Positions 12,601-27,600 of a stretch of DNA of 64,000 nucleotides are shown one piece after another; position 1 is the stretch's first letter; every line of letters starts with the position of its first letter. The stretch is taken from contig NC_086101.1 of assembly GCF_963921235.1 (NCBI RefSeq), forward strand, positions 2,172,001 to 2,236,000, given 5' to 3'. Source of the DNA: Mobula hypostoma. Lineage: Eukaryota. The translations under genes were made by a program, and so were the position numbers. Under the pieces are notes generated by a model. The model was not told where the DNA came from, ran no database searches, and worked only from the letters and a program-made list of their open reading frames with translations.

Positions 12601-15600
12601 TGCGGAAATCTGACTCAAATTCTCAACGGTTCCATTTAGAGAGACGGTGCAGAATCTTCCACAATCTCCAGCGACTTGTAACTTTCCCCATGTGAAGCTT
12701 GTGCCTTTCCCAAATCTCATTTACAAGTGACATCAGATGAGTATCTGGAACTGCTTGTGGCCTGTGCAAAATCCTTTTGGGGTTCAAACTCTGCACCTTG
12801 TTGTGTTTTGAGTTACCGAGCTGTAAGTAGGTGGAATTGCCAATATTACCTTTAGATTTGGTGCTGATACTGTTAGGAGAGATTTCAGGTGTTGCTAACT
12901 CTATGCTATTTCCTCCTCTTGTGCCTCAATGAAGCCATCTTCATGATGCAGGAGCAACACCTTATTCTGTCTGGGTAGCCTTCGACCTCATCGCATGGAT
13001 ATCGATTTCTCCTTTTGATTTTTCTCCCCTCACTCTGTGTTCCTCTCATCTGCGTATCACTTCCCCCGGCCCCCCACCTTTCCCTTTCTCCACACTTGTC
13101 TCTTATCAGATAACTTATTCCCTAGTCCTTTACCCTTCCCACCCTCCTGGCTTCACCTATCATCTTTTCGCTATCCTCCTTCCCCTCCCCCGTCTTTTTA
13201 TTCTGGCATCTTTCCCCCTCCTTTCCAGTCCTAAAGAAAGGTCTTGGTCCGAAACCTTAACAGTTTATTCATTGCCACAGATGGACCTGCTGATTTCCTC
13301 CAGCATTTTGTGTGTGTTGCCTCGGGTTTCCAGCACCTGCAGAATCTCTTGTGTTTTTGCCGTGTTTCTGTGACCAGACGGCATGCATCATGTCTGTGAA
13401 TGTGTACAACTACAATGCTGATTAGCCATATTGCTCTCCTGTCCAGGCCACGCTATCCTGCAAAGAGGAGGAGCTCGTGCAGAAGACTGAGTGTCTGGAG
13501 GAACAGCAGAAGATCATTGCCAGTCAGGCAGATAAACTACAAAGTATGGAGCAGACACTTACAAATCTGGAGCTGGAAAGACGGCGACTGCACAATACAG
13601 TACAAGAGCTGAAGGTACAGTGGGTCCAAGCAGTCGTGGCACTTCCACTCGCCCAAGGAGGACCTTGTAATCCTTGACGAATTGGGGATGGAATTGAATT
13701 CACTGCACCTCTGTGTAGGGGAAAAGCAGGAGAGCCTGCAAGGGCTGGTGGTTCCCCTGACCTGCTTTATATTTGAGGCCATGAGCCAGGACTGCCTGGA
13801 TGAGTAAGTGCAGTGATTCTCACAAAATGGAAGGCCGGACGGCCACATCTGCGCCAGGTGCGTCGAGCTACAGCTCCTTAGGGACCAAGTTAGGGAACTG
13901 GAGCTGCAGCTCGATGACCTTCGTCTGGTCAGGGAGAGTGAGGAGGTGATAGAGGGAAGTTACAGGCAAGTAGTCACACCGGGGCCTTGGGAGACAGCTA
14001 TATGGATAACAGTAAGGAGAGGGAAGGGCTAGAGTCAGATACTAGAGAGTACCCCTGTGGGTGTCCCCCTTAACAATAAGTACTCCTGTTTGAGTACTGT
14101 CTGGGGGGGACAGCCTACCTGGGGGAAGAAACAGTAGCTGCATCTCTGGCACAGAGTCTGGCCCTGTAGCTCAGAAGGGTGGGGAAAGGAAGAAGGCAGC
14201 ATTGACAGGGGACTCTGGATGCAGGAAAGAAACACAGATGTTAGTTCGCCTCCCAGGTGCCAGGGTCTGGGATGTTTCTGATCGTGTCCACGATATCCTG
14301 AAGTGGGAAGGAGAACAGCCAGAGGTTGTGGTACATATTGGTACCAATGACATAGATAGGAAAATGGAGGAGGTCCTGAAAACAGACTAAAGGGAGTTAG
14401 GAAAGAGGCTGAGAATCGGGACCTCAAAGGTAATAATCTCTGGATTACTGCCTGTGCCACTTGACAATGAGTATATGAATAGAGTGAAGTGGAGGACAAA
14501 CGTGTGGCTGAGGGATTGGATCAGGGGGCAGGGATTCAGATTTCTGGATCATTGGGACCTCTTTGGGGGCAGGCGTGACCTGTACAAAAAGGATGAGTTG
14601 CGCTTGAATCCCAGGGGAACCAATATCCTGGTGGAGAGGTTTGCTTAGGCTATTGGGGAGAGTTTAAACTAGAACTGCTGGGGGGTGGGAACTGAACTGA
14701 AGAGACTGAGGAAGGGGAGGTTGGCTCACAAATAGGAAAAGCTTGTAGTGAGTGTGAGAGGGAGGTTAGGCAGGTGATAGAGAAGGGATGCACTCAGACT
14801 GAAGGTTTGAGATGTCTATTTTAATCCAAGAAACATCATGAACAAAGTGGATGAGCTCAGAGCATGGATCAGTACTTGGAGCTATGATGTTGTGGTCATT
14901 ACAGAGACTTGGATGGTTCAGGGGAAGGAACGGTTACTTAGAGTGCCAGGCTTTAGATGTTTCAGGAAGGACAGGGAGGGAGGCTAAAGAGGTGGGGGCG
15001 TGGTACTGCTGATCAGAGATAGTGTCACGGCTGCAGAAAAGGAGGAAGTCATGGAGGGATTGTCTACGGAGTCTCTGTGGGTGGAAGTTAGGAATAGGAA
15101 GGGGTCAATAACTACTGGATGTTTTTTATAGACCACCCAATAGTAACAGGAACATCGAGGAGCAGATAGAGAGACAGGTTCTGGAAAGGTGTAATAATAA
15201 CAGGGTTGTTGTGGTGGGAGATTTTAATTTCCCAAATATTGATTGGCATCCCCCTAGAGTGAAGGGTTTTGATGGGGTGGAGTTTGTTGGGTGTATTCAG
15301 GAAGGTTTCCTGACACAATATGTAGATAAGCCTACAAGAGGAGAGGCTGTACTTGATCTGGTATTGGGAAATGAACCTGGTCAGGTGTCAGATCTCTCAG
15401 TGGGAGAGCATTTTGGAGATAGTGATCACAATTCTATCTCCTTTACCATAGTATTGGAGAGGGATAGGAACAGACAAGTTAGGAAAGTGTTTAATTGGAG
15501 TAAGGGGAAATATGAAGATACCGAGCAGGAACATGGAAGCATAAATTGGGAACAGATGTTCTCAGGGAAATGTACGGCAGAAATGAGGCAGATATTCAGG

Positions 15601-18600
15601 GGATATTTGTGTGGAGTTCTGCATAGGTACGTTCCAATGAGACAGGGAAAGGATGGTAGGGTACAGGAACTGTAGTGTACAAAAGCTTTTGTAAATCTAG
15701 TCAAGAAGAGAAGAAAAGAAAAGCTTACGAAAGGTTCAGAAAACTAGGTAATGACAGAGATCTAGAAGATTATAAGGCTAATAGGAAGGAGCTTCAGAAT
15801 GAAATTTTGGAGAGTGAGAAGAGGCCATGAGAAGGCCTTGGCGGGCAGGATTAAGGAAAACCCCAAGGCATTCTACATGTATGTGAAGAGCAGGAGGATA
15901 AGACGTGAGAGAATAGGACCGATCAAGTGTGACAGTGGGAAAGTGTGTATGGAACCGGAGGAGATAGCAGAGGTAGTTAATGAATACTTTGCTTCAATAT
16001 TCACCATGGAAAAGCATCTTGGTGATTGTAGGGATGACTTACAGTGGACAGAAAAGCTTGAGCATTTAAATATTAAAGAAGAGGATGTGCTGGAGCTTTT
16101 GGAAAGCATCAAGTTGGATAAATTGCTGGGACCAGATGAAATGTACCCCAGGGTACTGTGGGAGGCAAGGGAGGAGATTGCTGAGCCTCTAGCAATGATC
16201 TTTGCATCATCAATGGGGACGGGAGAGGTTCCCGAGGATTGGAGGGTTGTAGATGTTGTTCCCTTATTCAAGAAAGGGAGTAGAGATAGTCCATGAAATT
16301 ATGAGGTGATTCATTTTGGTAGGTCAAAAATGATGGCAGAATATGGTATTAATGGTAAGACTCTTGACAGTGTGGAGGATCAGAGGGATCTTGGGGTCTG
16401 AGTCCATACGACGCTCAAAGCTGATGTGCAGGTTGACTCTGTGGTTAAGAAGGCATACGGTGTATTGGCCTTTATCAATCGTGGGATTGAGTTTAGGAGC
16501 CGAGAGCTATGTTGCAGCTATATAGGACCCTGGTCAGACCATACTTGGAGTATTGTGCTCAGTTCTGGTCGCCTCACTACAAGAAGAATGTGGAAACTAT
16601 AGAAAGAGTGCAGAGGAGATTTACAAGGATGTTGCCTGGATTGGGGAGCATGCCTTATGAGAATAGGTTGAGTGAACTTGGCCTTTTCTCCTTGGAGCAA
16701 CGGAGGATGAGAGGTGACCTGATAGAGGTGTATAAGATGATGAGAGGCATTGATCATGTGGATAGTCAGAGGCTTTTTCCCAGGGCTGAAATGACTAACA
16801 CGAGAGGGCACAGTTTTTAGGTGCTTGGAAGTAGGTACTGAGGGGATGTCAGGGGTATGTTTTTTACACAGAGAGTGATGAGTGCGTGGAATGGGCTGCC
16901 GGCAAAGGTGGTGGAAGCTGATACGATAAAGTCTTTTAAGAGACTCCTCGACAGGTACATGGAGCTTCATGTTCAGCACAGCACTGTTGGCTGAAGGGTC
17001 CCTTTTGTGCTGTAGGTTTTCTATGTCTATGAGTGGGCTCAACCATGAGCTGCTCTCAAAAGCCATCTTCAAGGCACTCTAGAAATCCCCCTCCTGGAAT
17101 CCAGCATCAACCTGATTTTCCCAATCTACCTGCATATTGAAATCCCCCATGACTATTGCCCATTTGGTATGCTTTTCCTATCTCCCATTGCAATTTGTAG
17201 ACCACAGCTTTACTACTGTCTGGGTGTGTGTGTGTTTGTCTGTGTGTCGTGAGTGATGAGGATCTCTGCCCAGGGTCTAGGCCTTTCAACATTCAAAAGA
17301 TTTCAATGAGATCTCTCCTCATCCTTCTGAATACGGACCCAGAGCCATCAAACATTCCTCGTATGACAACCCTTTAATTCATGGAATCATCCTTGTGAAC
17401 CTCCTCCGGACCCTCTCCAATATCAGCACATCTTTTCTTAGACGAGGAGCTCAAAACTGTTCACAATACTCAAGGTGAGACTTCACCAGTGCCTTATAAA
17501 GCCTCAGCATCACATCCCTGTTCTTGTATTCTAGACCTCCTGAAATGAATGCTAACATTGCATTTGCCTTCCTCACCACTGACTTGACCTGCAAGTTAAT
17601 CTTTAGGGTGATCTGCACAAGGACTCCCAAGTCCCTTTGCATCTCAGATTTTTGGATTTTCTCCCCGTTTAGAAAATAGTCTGCATGTTTATTGTGCATT
17701 ACTAGAGGTGGCGTTACTAGTTAAGGAAAACGTCATAGCAGTGCTCAGTCAAGACAGATTGGAAAGATTGTTTACAGGGGCATTGTGGGTGGAACTGAGG
17801 AATAAGAAAGGTATGACCATGTTAATGGGGCTCTATTAAAGTGGGCACATGACCAAGTGGTTAAGGCATTGGACTAGCGACCTGAAGGTCGTGAGTTCAA
17901 GCCCCAGCCGAGGGAACGTGTTGTGTCCTTGAGCAAGACACTTAATCACACATTGCTCTGCGACGACACTGGTGCCAAGCTGTATGGGTCTTAATGCCCT
18001 TCCCTTGGACAACATTGGTGTCGTGGAGACCACCCAACAGTCTGTGGGACTTAGAGAAACAAGTTTGTAGGGAGAGAGCAGACTGTTGCAGGAAACATGG
18101 TTGTTATAGTAGGTGATTCTAACTTTCCACATATTGATTGGAAATCCCTTAAGAGCTGGATGGGAAAAATCTTTACAAATATGTTCCTTAAAGTTTCCTT
18201 AAACCTAAGAATATAAGGGATAGGAGCAGGAGTAGGCCATCTGGCCCATCGAGCCTGCTTTGCCATTCAATAAGATCACAGATAATGGACTGGTCTCCAC
18301 CTACCTGCCTTTTCCCTGTAACCCTTAATTCCCCTACTATGAAAAAATCTATCCAACCTGGTCTTATATTTACTGAGGCAACCTCCACTGCTTCATTGGG
18401 CAGAGAATTCCACAGATTCACCACTCTCTGGGAAAAGCAGTTTCTCCTCATCTCCGTCCTAAATCTACTCCCTTAAATCTTGAGGCTATGTCCCCTAGTT
18501 CTCACCTACCAGTGGAAACAACTTTCCTGCCTCTATCTTATCTATCCCTTTCATAATTATAAAATTATGTTTCTATAAGATCTCCTCTCATCCTTCTGAA

Positions 18601-21600
18601 TTCCAGCAAGTACTGTAATTCAGGCAACTCAATTAAGTTAAACCCATCTCTGGAGTCAATCTGGTGAACCACCTCCAAAACCAGTAAGGTTTTGAGGAAG
18701 GATATATTGGTATACAGCCAGTGACATTTCTGTACTCTTTCTCTCTGTGCAGTGCACAGCCGATGATGCTTCTGTCTGTTGTGCTCCCTGCAGGGGAACA
18801 TTCGTGTCATCTGCAGAGTCCGGCCACTCCTGGAGCTGGATGGAGATAGCAACATGGCGCATATTCAGTTCTTGCCCAGTGATGAGAAGGTGATTACCCT
18901 GTTGAAGCAAGAGGTAAGATTAAGCTTAAGCTGTGTACACTGCCCATAAGGCTGTGAAGCGCAGTGTCACCATGATGCTTGGCCTGGAGGGTTGAGAATA
19001 GCCACAGACGAAGGCTGGCCACTGACCGTTGTGCACTGGTGTTACACGTCAAACCAGTTAGTGCTGAGGACTGGAACAACTAGGGCTTGTTCACATTCGC
19101 TGCATGTTCCTGACCGTTAAGCACATGGGTGCTAGAGTGTAGAGACGTGGAGGTGTATGCGGGAGGGAAAGGTTAGATTGCTCTGAGTAGGTTAAAGGGT
19201 TGGCACAACATTGTGGGCTGAGGGGCCTGTACTGTTATATTCCATATTTCTGGGGTTAATTGTTAGAGGTAGTTGTGCAAAGCTGCGGTACAAAGTTCAA
19301 TCATGGGATTGAAACTGCACCTGAGAGAGCTGAGGGCTAAGCTTTGGTCTTCAGCTCTTCTGCTGTGTTATACACTGAACTTCTTCAATCTTCCTCCTGC
19401 TCCGAAAGGCTCGCACTGGGCACAACCGCAAGGAAGATGCGAAATATAACTTCAGTTTCGACCGCGTTTTCCAGCCAGTGGCGAAGCAGGAAGAAGTGTT
19501 TGAAGATATCTCTCAGCTAGTACAGGTAATGTAGGCACGTTCACCATTCACACTTGCTGTACGTAGTGACTTGACACTTGACAGCAGGGGATGATTTGAC
19601 ATGCTGCATGCAAACTGGAGACCAGGGGCTGGGTAAATGAGCAAAGTGCTGATACAGTTGAATTTTGTACTGTTCAAGGGTTTGTTCTAATGTGGCTGCA
19701 ATCATTTCAGTCATACTGCACAGAAACAGACCACTCCGGCAGCTTAGACAAATTAGAGCACGGTGCCCATTTACCCGCATCCCAGTGTAAACCTTTCCAA
19801 TCCATGTACCGTGAAGGTGTTTCTTGTATATTATTATCAACCACCTCGTCTGGCACTCTGCTGAAAAGTTTCACCCTTCAACTTCCTACTAATTTTTTCC
19901 CCTCTCACCAAACCTCTGCCCTCAAGGCCCTGGGGAAAAGACTGTGAACATTCACCATATCTCTGCCTCTCATGTCGTTATACTCCTCTATAAGATCACC
20001 CCTCAGACCTCTGTGTTCCTAACCTGTCCAGTCTCTCTCTGTAACCCAGTCCCTCGAGTCCTTACAATACCTTTGTAAATCTTTCCTGCACTTCAGCTTA
20101 ATGGCATCGTTCACTTTACAACTGCAGAACAACATCCCACCTTTTGCACTCAATGCCCTGACTGATGAGGGCCAGTAGGCGAGAAGCCACCTTATCACCC
20201 TGTGCACCTGTGACGCTGATTTCCGGGACTCTGCATTTGTACTGCTCTTGTTCAACGTTAACGGTCACCCTTCAACAAGGAATGAATATTACTGTACTAT
20301 ATACTAACTGATCAGACAAGAAGCCACCTTATCACCCTGTGTACCTGTGACGCTGATTTCCGGGACTCTGCATTTGTACTGCTCGTTCAGTGTCAATAGT
20401 CACCCTTCAACAAGCCATGGGTAGTACTGTACCATACACCCAATCCACTTCAAGTTTCAACGTGTTGCTCTTCCTCACATCACTGTACTAGCGTTGTAGG
20501 AAAGTACTGCTTAGGAACAGGCTATTCAGTCCATCTCGTCCATACCGAAACCGTTTAAACTACCTACTGCCATCGACCAGCACCAGGACCACAGCCCTCC
20601 AATACCCTACCATCCATGTACCAATCCAAACTAAACTTAAATGTTGAAATCGAGTTTGCATGCACCACTTGTGCTGGCAGCTCATTCCACACTCTCAAGA
20701 CCCTCTGAGTGAAGAAGTTTCCTCTTGTGTTTCCCTTAAACTTTTCACCTTTCACCCTTAACCTATTGCCTCTGGTTGTAGTCCTACCCAACCTTAGTGG
20801 AAAAAGCCTGTCTGTATTACACCTCTATATCCCTCATAATTTTGTATACCTCTATCAAATCTCCTCTCAATCTACTCTACGCACTAAGGAATGAAGTCCT
20901 AATGTATTCAATTTTCCTTATAACTCAGGTCCTCCAGACCTGGCAACATCCTTGTAAGGTTTCCATACTCTTTTAACCTTATTTATATCTTTCCTGTCAA
21001 TAGGTGACCAAACTGCACACAATACTGCAAATTAGGCCTCACCAATGTCTTATACAACTTCAACATAACATCCCATCTCCTGTACTCAATATTCTGATTT
21101 ATGAAGGCCAATTTCTTTACAACCCTATCTACCTGTGATGCCACTTTCAATGAATTATGGATCTGTATTCCCAGATCTCTTTGACCTACCACACTCCTCA
21201 GAGCCCTACCGTTCACTGTGTAAGACCAACCCTGCTCGGTCTTACTGAAACTACCCCATCTGGCACCAGCAATCATTCCCGTCAACGTCACTTAGATCAC
21301 ATCTTCTCCCACTTCTGATGTTTGGTCTGAACTACAACTAAACTTCTTGACTGTGTTTGCATGCTTTCATGATTGGCTGATGAGATATTTGTATTTACGA
21401 GGGGGTGTACAGGTAGAGCCCTGAGCTGTAATGGCGTCGTGCTAACTGCCGCGGTAGAGTAATTGTGAGCACGACACCACCACAGCTTGGGATGTTCAAT
21501 TCCGCCTCCATCCGTAAGGAGTTTGTATGTCACCCCCGTGACCGTCTGTGTTTCCTCTGGTGCTCCCGTTTCCTCCCAGAGCACAGAATCACACTGGTTA

Positions 21601-24600
21601 GGAAGGGTTAATTTCTCCTGTGGTTAGGTTAGTGTTAAATAGGTCAGTTGCTGTGCTTGTTGAGGGAAGGGCCTGTTCTGTGCCAGAACCTGTAAATAAA
21701 AATGATAGTGACCACGCAGTGTATAGCAAATGAAGATTTGGAGATTATTCCACCTTCAGTGATGCCACGTAGTTACGATGTTCTGCATGAATTTCATTGG
21801 AGGTGGAATAGGTTCCCAATCTGAAATGATATGATTTGGAATTCTCTAATTGGCGCCAGAGTTGTGTGCCCGAGATAATGACGGAATGGATTTGAATCTG
21901 TCTAATTATTTCTTGTTAAACCAGTCACGCCTACTGTGGCACAAGTATAGCAGCTCTGTCCAACAGGCCGTAACTTGCCCTTTCACCACATGACTTCATG
22001 TGTCTTCCAGGTAAAGATCCTTCCTCTCTCCAGGATGAGGACTTTGCAGCCTCTGCTGGTGTTTCTGTAGTTCGGGTATTTACAGGATGGGGTTACCAGC
22101 CGTGTCCTCCTTTCACAGCCAGGCTCGGACCATCTGCAGTAGAATTAGTCTAATTATTTGCCCTGCTGTAACCTTGTCTGCCTTTCTCTTTCAGTCTGCT
22201 CTAGATGGATACAATGTGTGCATCTTTGCCTATGGTCAAACGGGCAGTGGCAAGACCTATACAATGGAGGGACCTGATAACTTCACACGGGACACGAAGG
22301 GGATGATCCCACGAGCTGTCGACCAGCTCTTCACCACTGCACACAGACTGGAGAGCATGGGATGGGTGGTGAGTTGGCATGCGTCTCCCTATGTTCACCA
22401 TTGTCGTGTGCTGTTCAGCTAGGTCTTCTAAATATACAGTGACAGACTACAACAAACACGAACAGATCAAATTATGTGCGCATTTATTACTTGCAAAGGA
22501 AGTCTACATGTTAAGTCATTGGTAGGTAGCTTACAGCTCAAAACAGATTATTTTTATGTCTAGAGTACAGTAATTTCATCAATTTCATGTCTCTGAGGTT
22601 ATTCCATCCCTAACTGTATTCCTAAATAATCCCGTATCTGTCTTGAATGAGCTGCAAAGCACTCTGGAATCATACAGTTTCCACTTTGCCACATTACATT
22701 TAACAAAAGTCATAAATTCATAAAGACTTCAGGGCTACATTCTGTAGGAAAATGCAAGGCTTAGATGAGTGAATGACCAGAGACTTTTCCCCAGGGTGAC
22801 AAAGGCAGATCAGAGTGGGTGTTTCATGAAAAGAGTAGCTGGGACGTCAGAGATCAGTTTTCATACAGAGTGGTGTGTGTGTGGAATGCCGTGCTGGAGG
22901 TGGTGGCAGGAAATACAGTGGCATTTGGGATGGGGAACCTGGATGATAGGAAAAGTCAGACTGATCTTGGAGTGGTTTAAAGGTCCGCACATCATCGTGG
23001 GTGCACTGTGCTGTTCCATGTTCACAACGAGAATGAACAATTGAAAAGAGATTTCATATCTCAGAGGATTAAATCTCCGGGAGTCAGGAAATTTCAGGGT
23101 CAGAGAACACTACAGCACGGAAACAAGACCCATCTAATCTATGCCTAGTCCCATTGCCCTTCACCCGGGCCATTTCCCTTCATAGCCCTCCCGTCCGTGT
23201 ACTTGTATTCAGCTGAGGTGCTGGTGACTGGAGGGCATCGAATCTGGCTCCAGGCCTCTCAGCTGAAAACTAAGGAAGGTATTGAGCGAGGGTCGATCCA
23301 CACTAGGCATGGGAACTACGAATCAAAGATGGTTAGCAGAGCTTTTTGGTTGTAGACCCTGTGTTTGGAGAGGCAACCAATTCCTGAGGGCAATGTTTGA
23401 TGTAGAAGAACAAGGATTTTAACATGGTCCACACAAGAGGTCAGAGCTCGGGTCCACCATTGCCTTGTGATAGAAAGCTTGGTATGGTTGCAGATCAGCA
23501 GACTATGACCGTTACTTACTGCAGAGAGTGGTTATCGGGTCCTTGCTGTTAATTGTGTCCATTGTCCATACGGAGGTGTCATTTACCAAGCAGAGTTACT
23601 GAGAAGACTTCTAATTGACGTCAATCACATTGTTTGATGGTCAGAGCAATGGCAGCTGGAATAGAACGCTGATAAATTTGATGCAAACTCCCCTCCCCCC
23701 CAGACTGTGTGTGATCTCCAAACCCCTCCCTATAGATGGTGTCTGAAACAGGAAGATGGAGATGGTATCTCTCCCCCCACCACCACCACCCACTGTCCAA
23801 GAAGTGAGAAATGATCAGCTTCAACGTTCCTCACCGAGGGAAAAGTGCCAGGTTTCAGATAAACTCTTAAATCAACAAGATGTAGCAGAGGGCTTCCTTC
23901 ACTTGGGGAGGATGGTCAGTATAAATGTGTGGGCTGAAGGGCCTTTCGTCTCACCATTAACCACACTTCTACATCAGGTTTTCTCCTGGCAACGCCAGTA
24001 GAGGATTGTGGAGAGATTCAATAGAGCTTTGAGTGGTATAGATAGGTAAATGCAAGCAGGCTTTCTGTACTGAGGTTGGTTGGGACTACGACCTAAGGTC
24101 ATGTGTTCAGGCCGAAAAGTGGAATATTTAAGTGACAATAGACAATAGGTGCAGGAGTAGGCTATTCAGCCCTTCGAGCCAGCACCACCATTCACTGTGA
24201 TATGGCTGATCATCCACAATCAGTACCCTTTTCCTGCCTTCTCCCCATATCCCTTCACTCTGCTATCTTTAAGAGCTCTATCTAACTTTTTCTTGAAAGA
24301 ATCCAGAGAATTGGCCTCCACTGCCTTCTAAGGCAGAGCATTCCACAGAACCACAACCCTCTGTGTGAAAAAGTTTTTCCTCAACTCCGTTCTAAATTGT
24401 CTACCCCTTATTCTTAAACTGTGACCTCTTGTTCTGGACTCCCCCCAACATCGGGAACATGTTTCCTGCCTCTAGCGTGTCCAATCCCTTAATAATCTTA
24501 TATGTTTCAACCAGATCCCCTCTCATCCTTCTAAATTCCAGTGTATACAAGCCCAGTCACTCCAATCTTTCAACATTTGACAGTCCCGCCATCCTGGGAA

Positions 24601-27600
24601 TTAACTTCGTGAGCCTACACTGCACTCCCTCAATAGCAAGAATGTCCTTCCTCAAATTTGGAGACCAAAACTGTACACAATACTCCAGGTGTGGTCTCAG
24701 CAGGGCCCTGTACAGCTGCAGAAGGACCTCTTTGCTCCTATACTCAACTTCCCGTGTTATGAAGGCCAACATGCCATTAGCTTTCTTCACTGCCTGCTGT
24801 ACCTGCATGCTTACTTTCAGTGACTGATGAACAAGGACCCCTAGATCTCATTGTGCTTCCCCTTTTCCTAACTTGACTCCATTCAGATAGTAATCTCCCT
24901 TCCTGTTCTTGCCACCAAAGTGGATAACCTCACATTTATCCACATTAAACTGCATCTGCCCACTCACCCAACCTGTCCAAGTTACCCTGCATTATCATAA
25001 CATCCTCCTCACATTTCACACTGCCACCCAGCTTTGTGTCATCGGCAAATTTGCTAATGTTACTTTTAATCCCTTCATCTAAATCATTAATGTATATTGT
25101 AAATAGCTGTGGTCCCAGCACCGAGCCTTGCGGTACCCCATCAGTCACTGCCTGCCATTCTGAAAAGGACCCATTAATCCCTACTCTTTGTTTCCTGTCT
25201 GCCAACCAATTTTCTATCCATGTCAGTACCCTACCCCCAATACCATGTGCCCTAATTTTGCACACTGACCTCCTACATGGGACCTTATCAAAGGCTTTCT
25301 GAAAGTCCAGGTACACTACATCCACTGGCTTTCCCATGTCCATTTCCATAGTTACATTCTCAAAAAATTCCAGATTAGTCAAGCACGATTTCCCCTTTGT
25401 AAATCCATGCTGACTCAGACCGATCCTGCCACTGCTATCCAAATATGCTGCTATTTCATCTTTTATAATTGATTCCAGCATCTTCTACACCACTGATATC
25501 AGGCTAACTGGTCTATAATTGTCTGTTTTCTCTCTCCCTCCTTTCTTAAAAAGTGGGATAACATTCGCTACCCGCCAATCCGCAGGAACTGATCCTGAAT
25601 CTATAGAACATTGGAAAATAATTACCAATGCATCCACGACTTTTAGAGCCACCTCCTTAAGTACCCTGGGATGCAGACCATCAGGCCCTGGGGATTTATC
25701 AGCCTTCAGTCCCATCAGTCTATCCAACACCATTTTCTGCCTAATGTGAATTTTCCTTTAGTTCCTCCGTTACCTTAGGTCCTCGGGCCATTATTACATC
25801 TGGGAGATTGTTTGTGTCTTCCATACTGAAGACAGATCGAAAGTACCTGTTCAGCTCGTCTGCCATTTCTTTGTTCCCCATAATAAATTCACCCATTTCT
25901 GTCTTCAAGGGCCCAACTTTGGTCTTAACTAATCTTTTCCTCTTCACATACCTAAAGAACTGAGTGGAAATGCTTAAGTGGACGTGTTGGGAAATTTTGT
26001 CACTCAGAGGGTGCTGTGAGTGTGGAGCAAGATGCCAGCGTGTGAGATGGGTACGTGCATGGGAGGGGTATGAGGTGCTGTGCTCAATGGGACGAGACGC
26101 ATTACTACTTGGGCATGAACTAGATGGGCTGAAGAGCCCGTTTGTGTTCTGTGAATGATTAGATTATTAATGGCCTTAAGTTCGTTATTTGTGAGTGCTG
26201 TCTATCGTTTTCAGTACAAGTTCACTGTCAGCTTTCTGGAGATCTACAATGAAACGATCCGCGACCTGCTGGTCAGAAAGCCGGAGAAGAACGTTGAGTA
26301 TGAGATCAAGCAGCTGAGCAGCACCAACCAGCAGCTCCATGTGACGAACCTCAAGTACGTCGGTGTTGAGACACAGGAGGAGGTGTGTATCTCTGCCGTC
26401 CGTCCAGCATTGCTTGTGTGTTCTGTCCTTTCTCCTCCCACAGCACGGATCGGGTGTTGTACAGAACATTGTCTCTGAGGCACTGGGCAGCTCGTGGTGT
26501 CCATATCCGCTGCTGGCCTGGTCACTGCCCCCAAAGACTGAGCTGCAGCTTGGGGTTCAGTCCCGGCCCTGTTCCGTAAGGAGTCTCTGTGTGCCCTGCC
26601 CTCCCGTGGAATGAGTGGGGTTTCTCCGCTTTCCTTCCACAGTTCAAACACGTTCCTGGTGGCTTAATTGGTCATTGTAACTCGTTCCATGATTAGGTTA
26701 GGGTTAATTGGGGTTGTTGGGGGCTGGGAGAGCAGTGTGGCTCGAATGGCCCGAAGGGCCTACGCCACACTGGATCGCTAAAATAAAAATAAAATCTGTA
26801 CATTGCTCTGGTTCACCTATGACCACTAAATTGAGTGGAATAGAGTCACAGGTGAGCACAGCAGAATGGGATCAAGAGCACAATAACCTCCTCTTTGTGC
26901 TCTCTGCTCGTTCAACTGTTCAACACCTCCATGGTGAGACTGATGCAGTGGGGTGGGTGGTTGGGTTCTGGTGTGAAAGTGCTCTTTGCTCTCCCCACAG
27001 GTCTACAAACTGATTGCCATTGCAAAAGCTAACCGATCAGTGGCGAAAACCGCAATGAATGATCACTCTTCGCGAAGCCACAGTGTCTTCCAGCTGCACG
27101 TAGAAGGGACGGATTCTGCCCACGGTCTGCAGTGCACGTGTGAGTATCTACCCCATTGTGCGTGGGTTCAACCGAACCATCTGTCATTGAGAAACTCAAC
27201 CATCTGTCATTGAGAAACTCAACCATCTGTCATTGAGTTTTGATGGATGGTTCGACCGAACCATCTGTCATTGAGTTCTGATGGATGGTCAATCGAACCA
27301 TCTGTCATTGAGTAATCGAACCATTTGTCATTGAATTCTGATGGATGCTTCAACTGAACCATCGGTCATTGAGAAACCGAACCATCGGTCATTGAGAAAC
27401 TGAACCATCTGTCATTGAGTTCTGATGGATGGTTCATATCGAACCATCTGTCATTGAGTAATCGAACCATCTGTCATTGAGAAACCGAACCATCCGTCAT
27501 TGAGTTCTGATAGATGGTCAAATGAACCATCTGTCATTGAGAAACCGAACAATCTGTCATTGAGTTCTGATGAATGGTCAATCGAACCATCTGTCATTGA

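Noticed and set aside
17841..17915. tRNA gene
   Set aside because: A and B boxes are present, but there is no clear acceptor stem. It continues into a SINE body and is inserted in a CR1.
23200..24000. Possible ancient element or hidden exon
   Set aside because: No recognisable motif, splice pair or convincing ORF by eye, and the flanking KIFC1 exons join without it.
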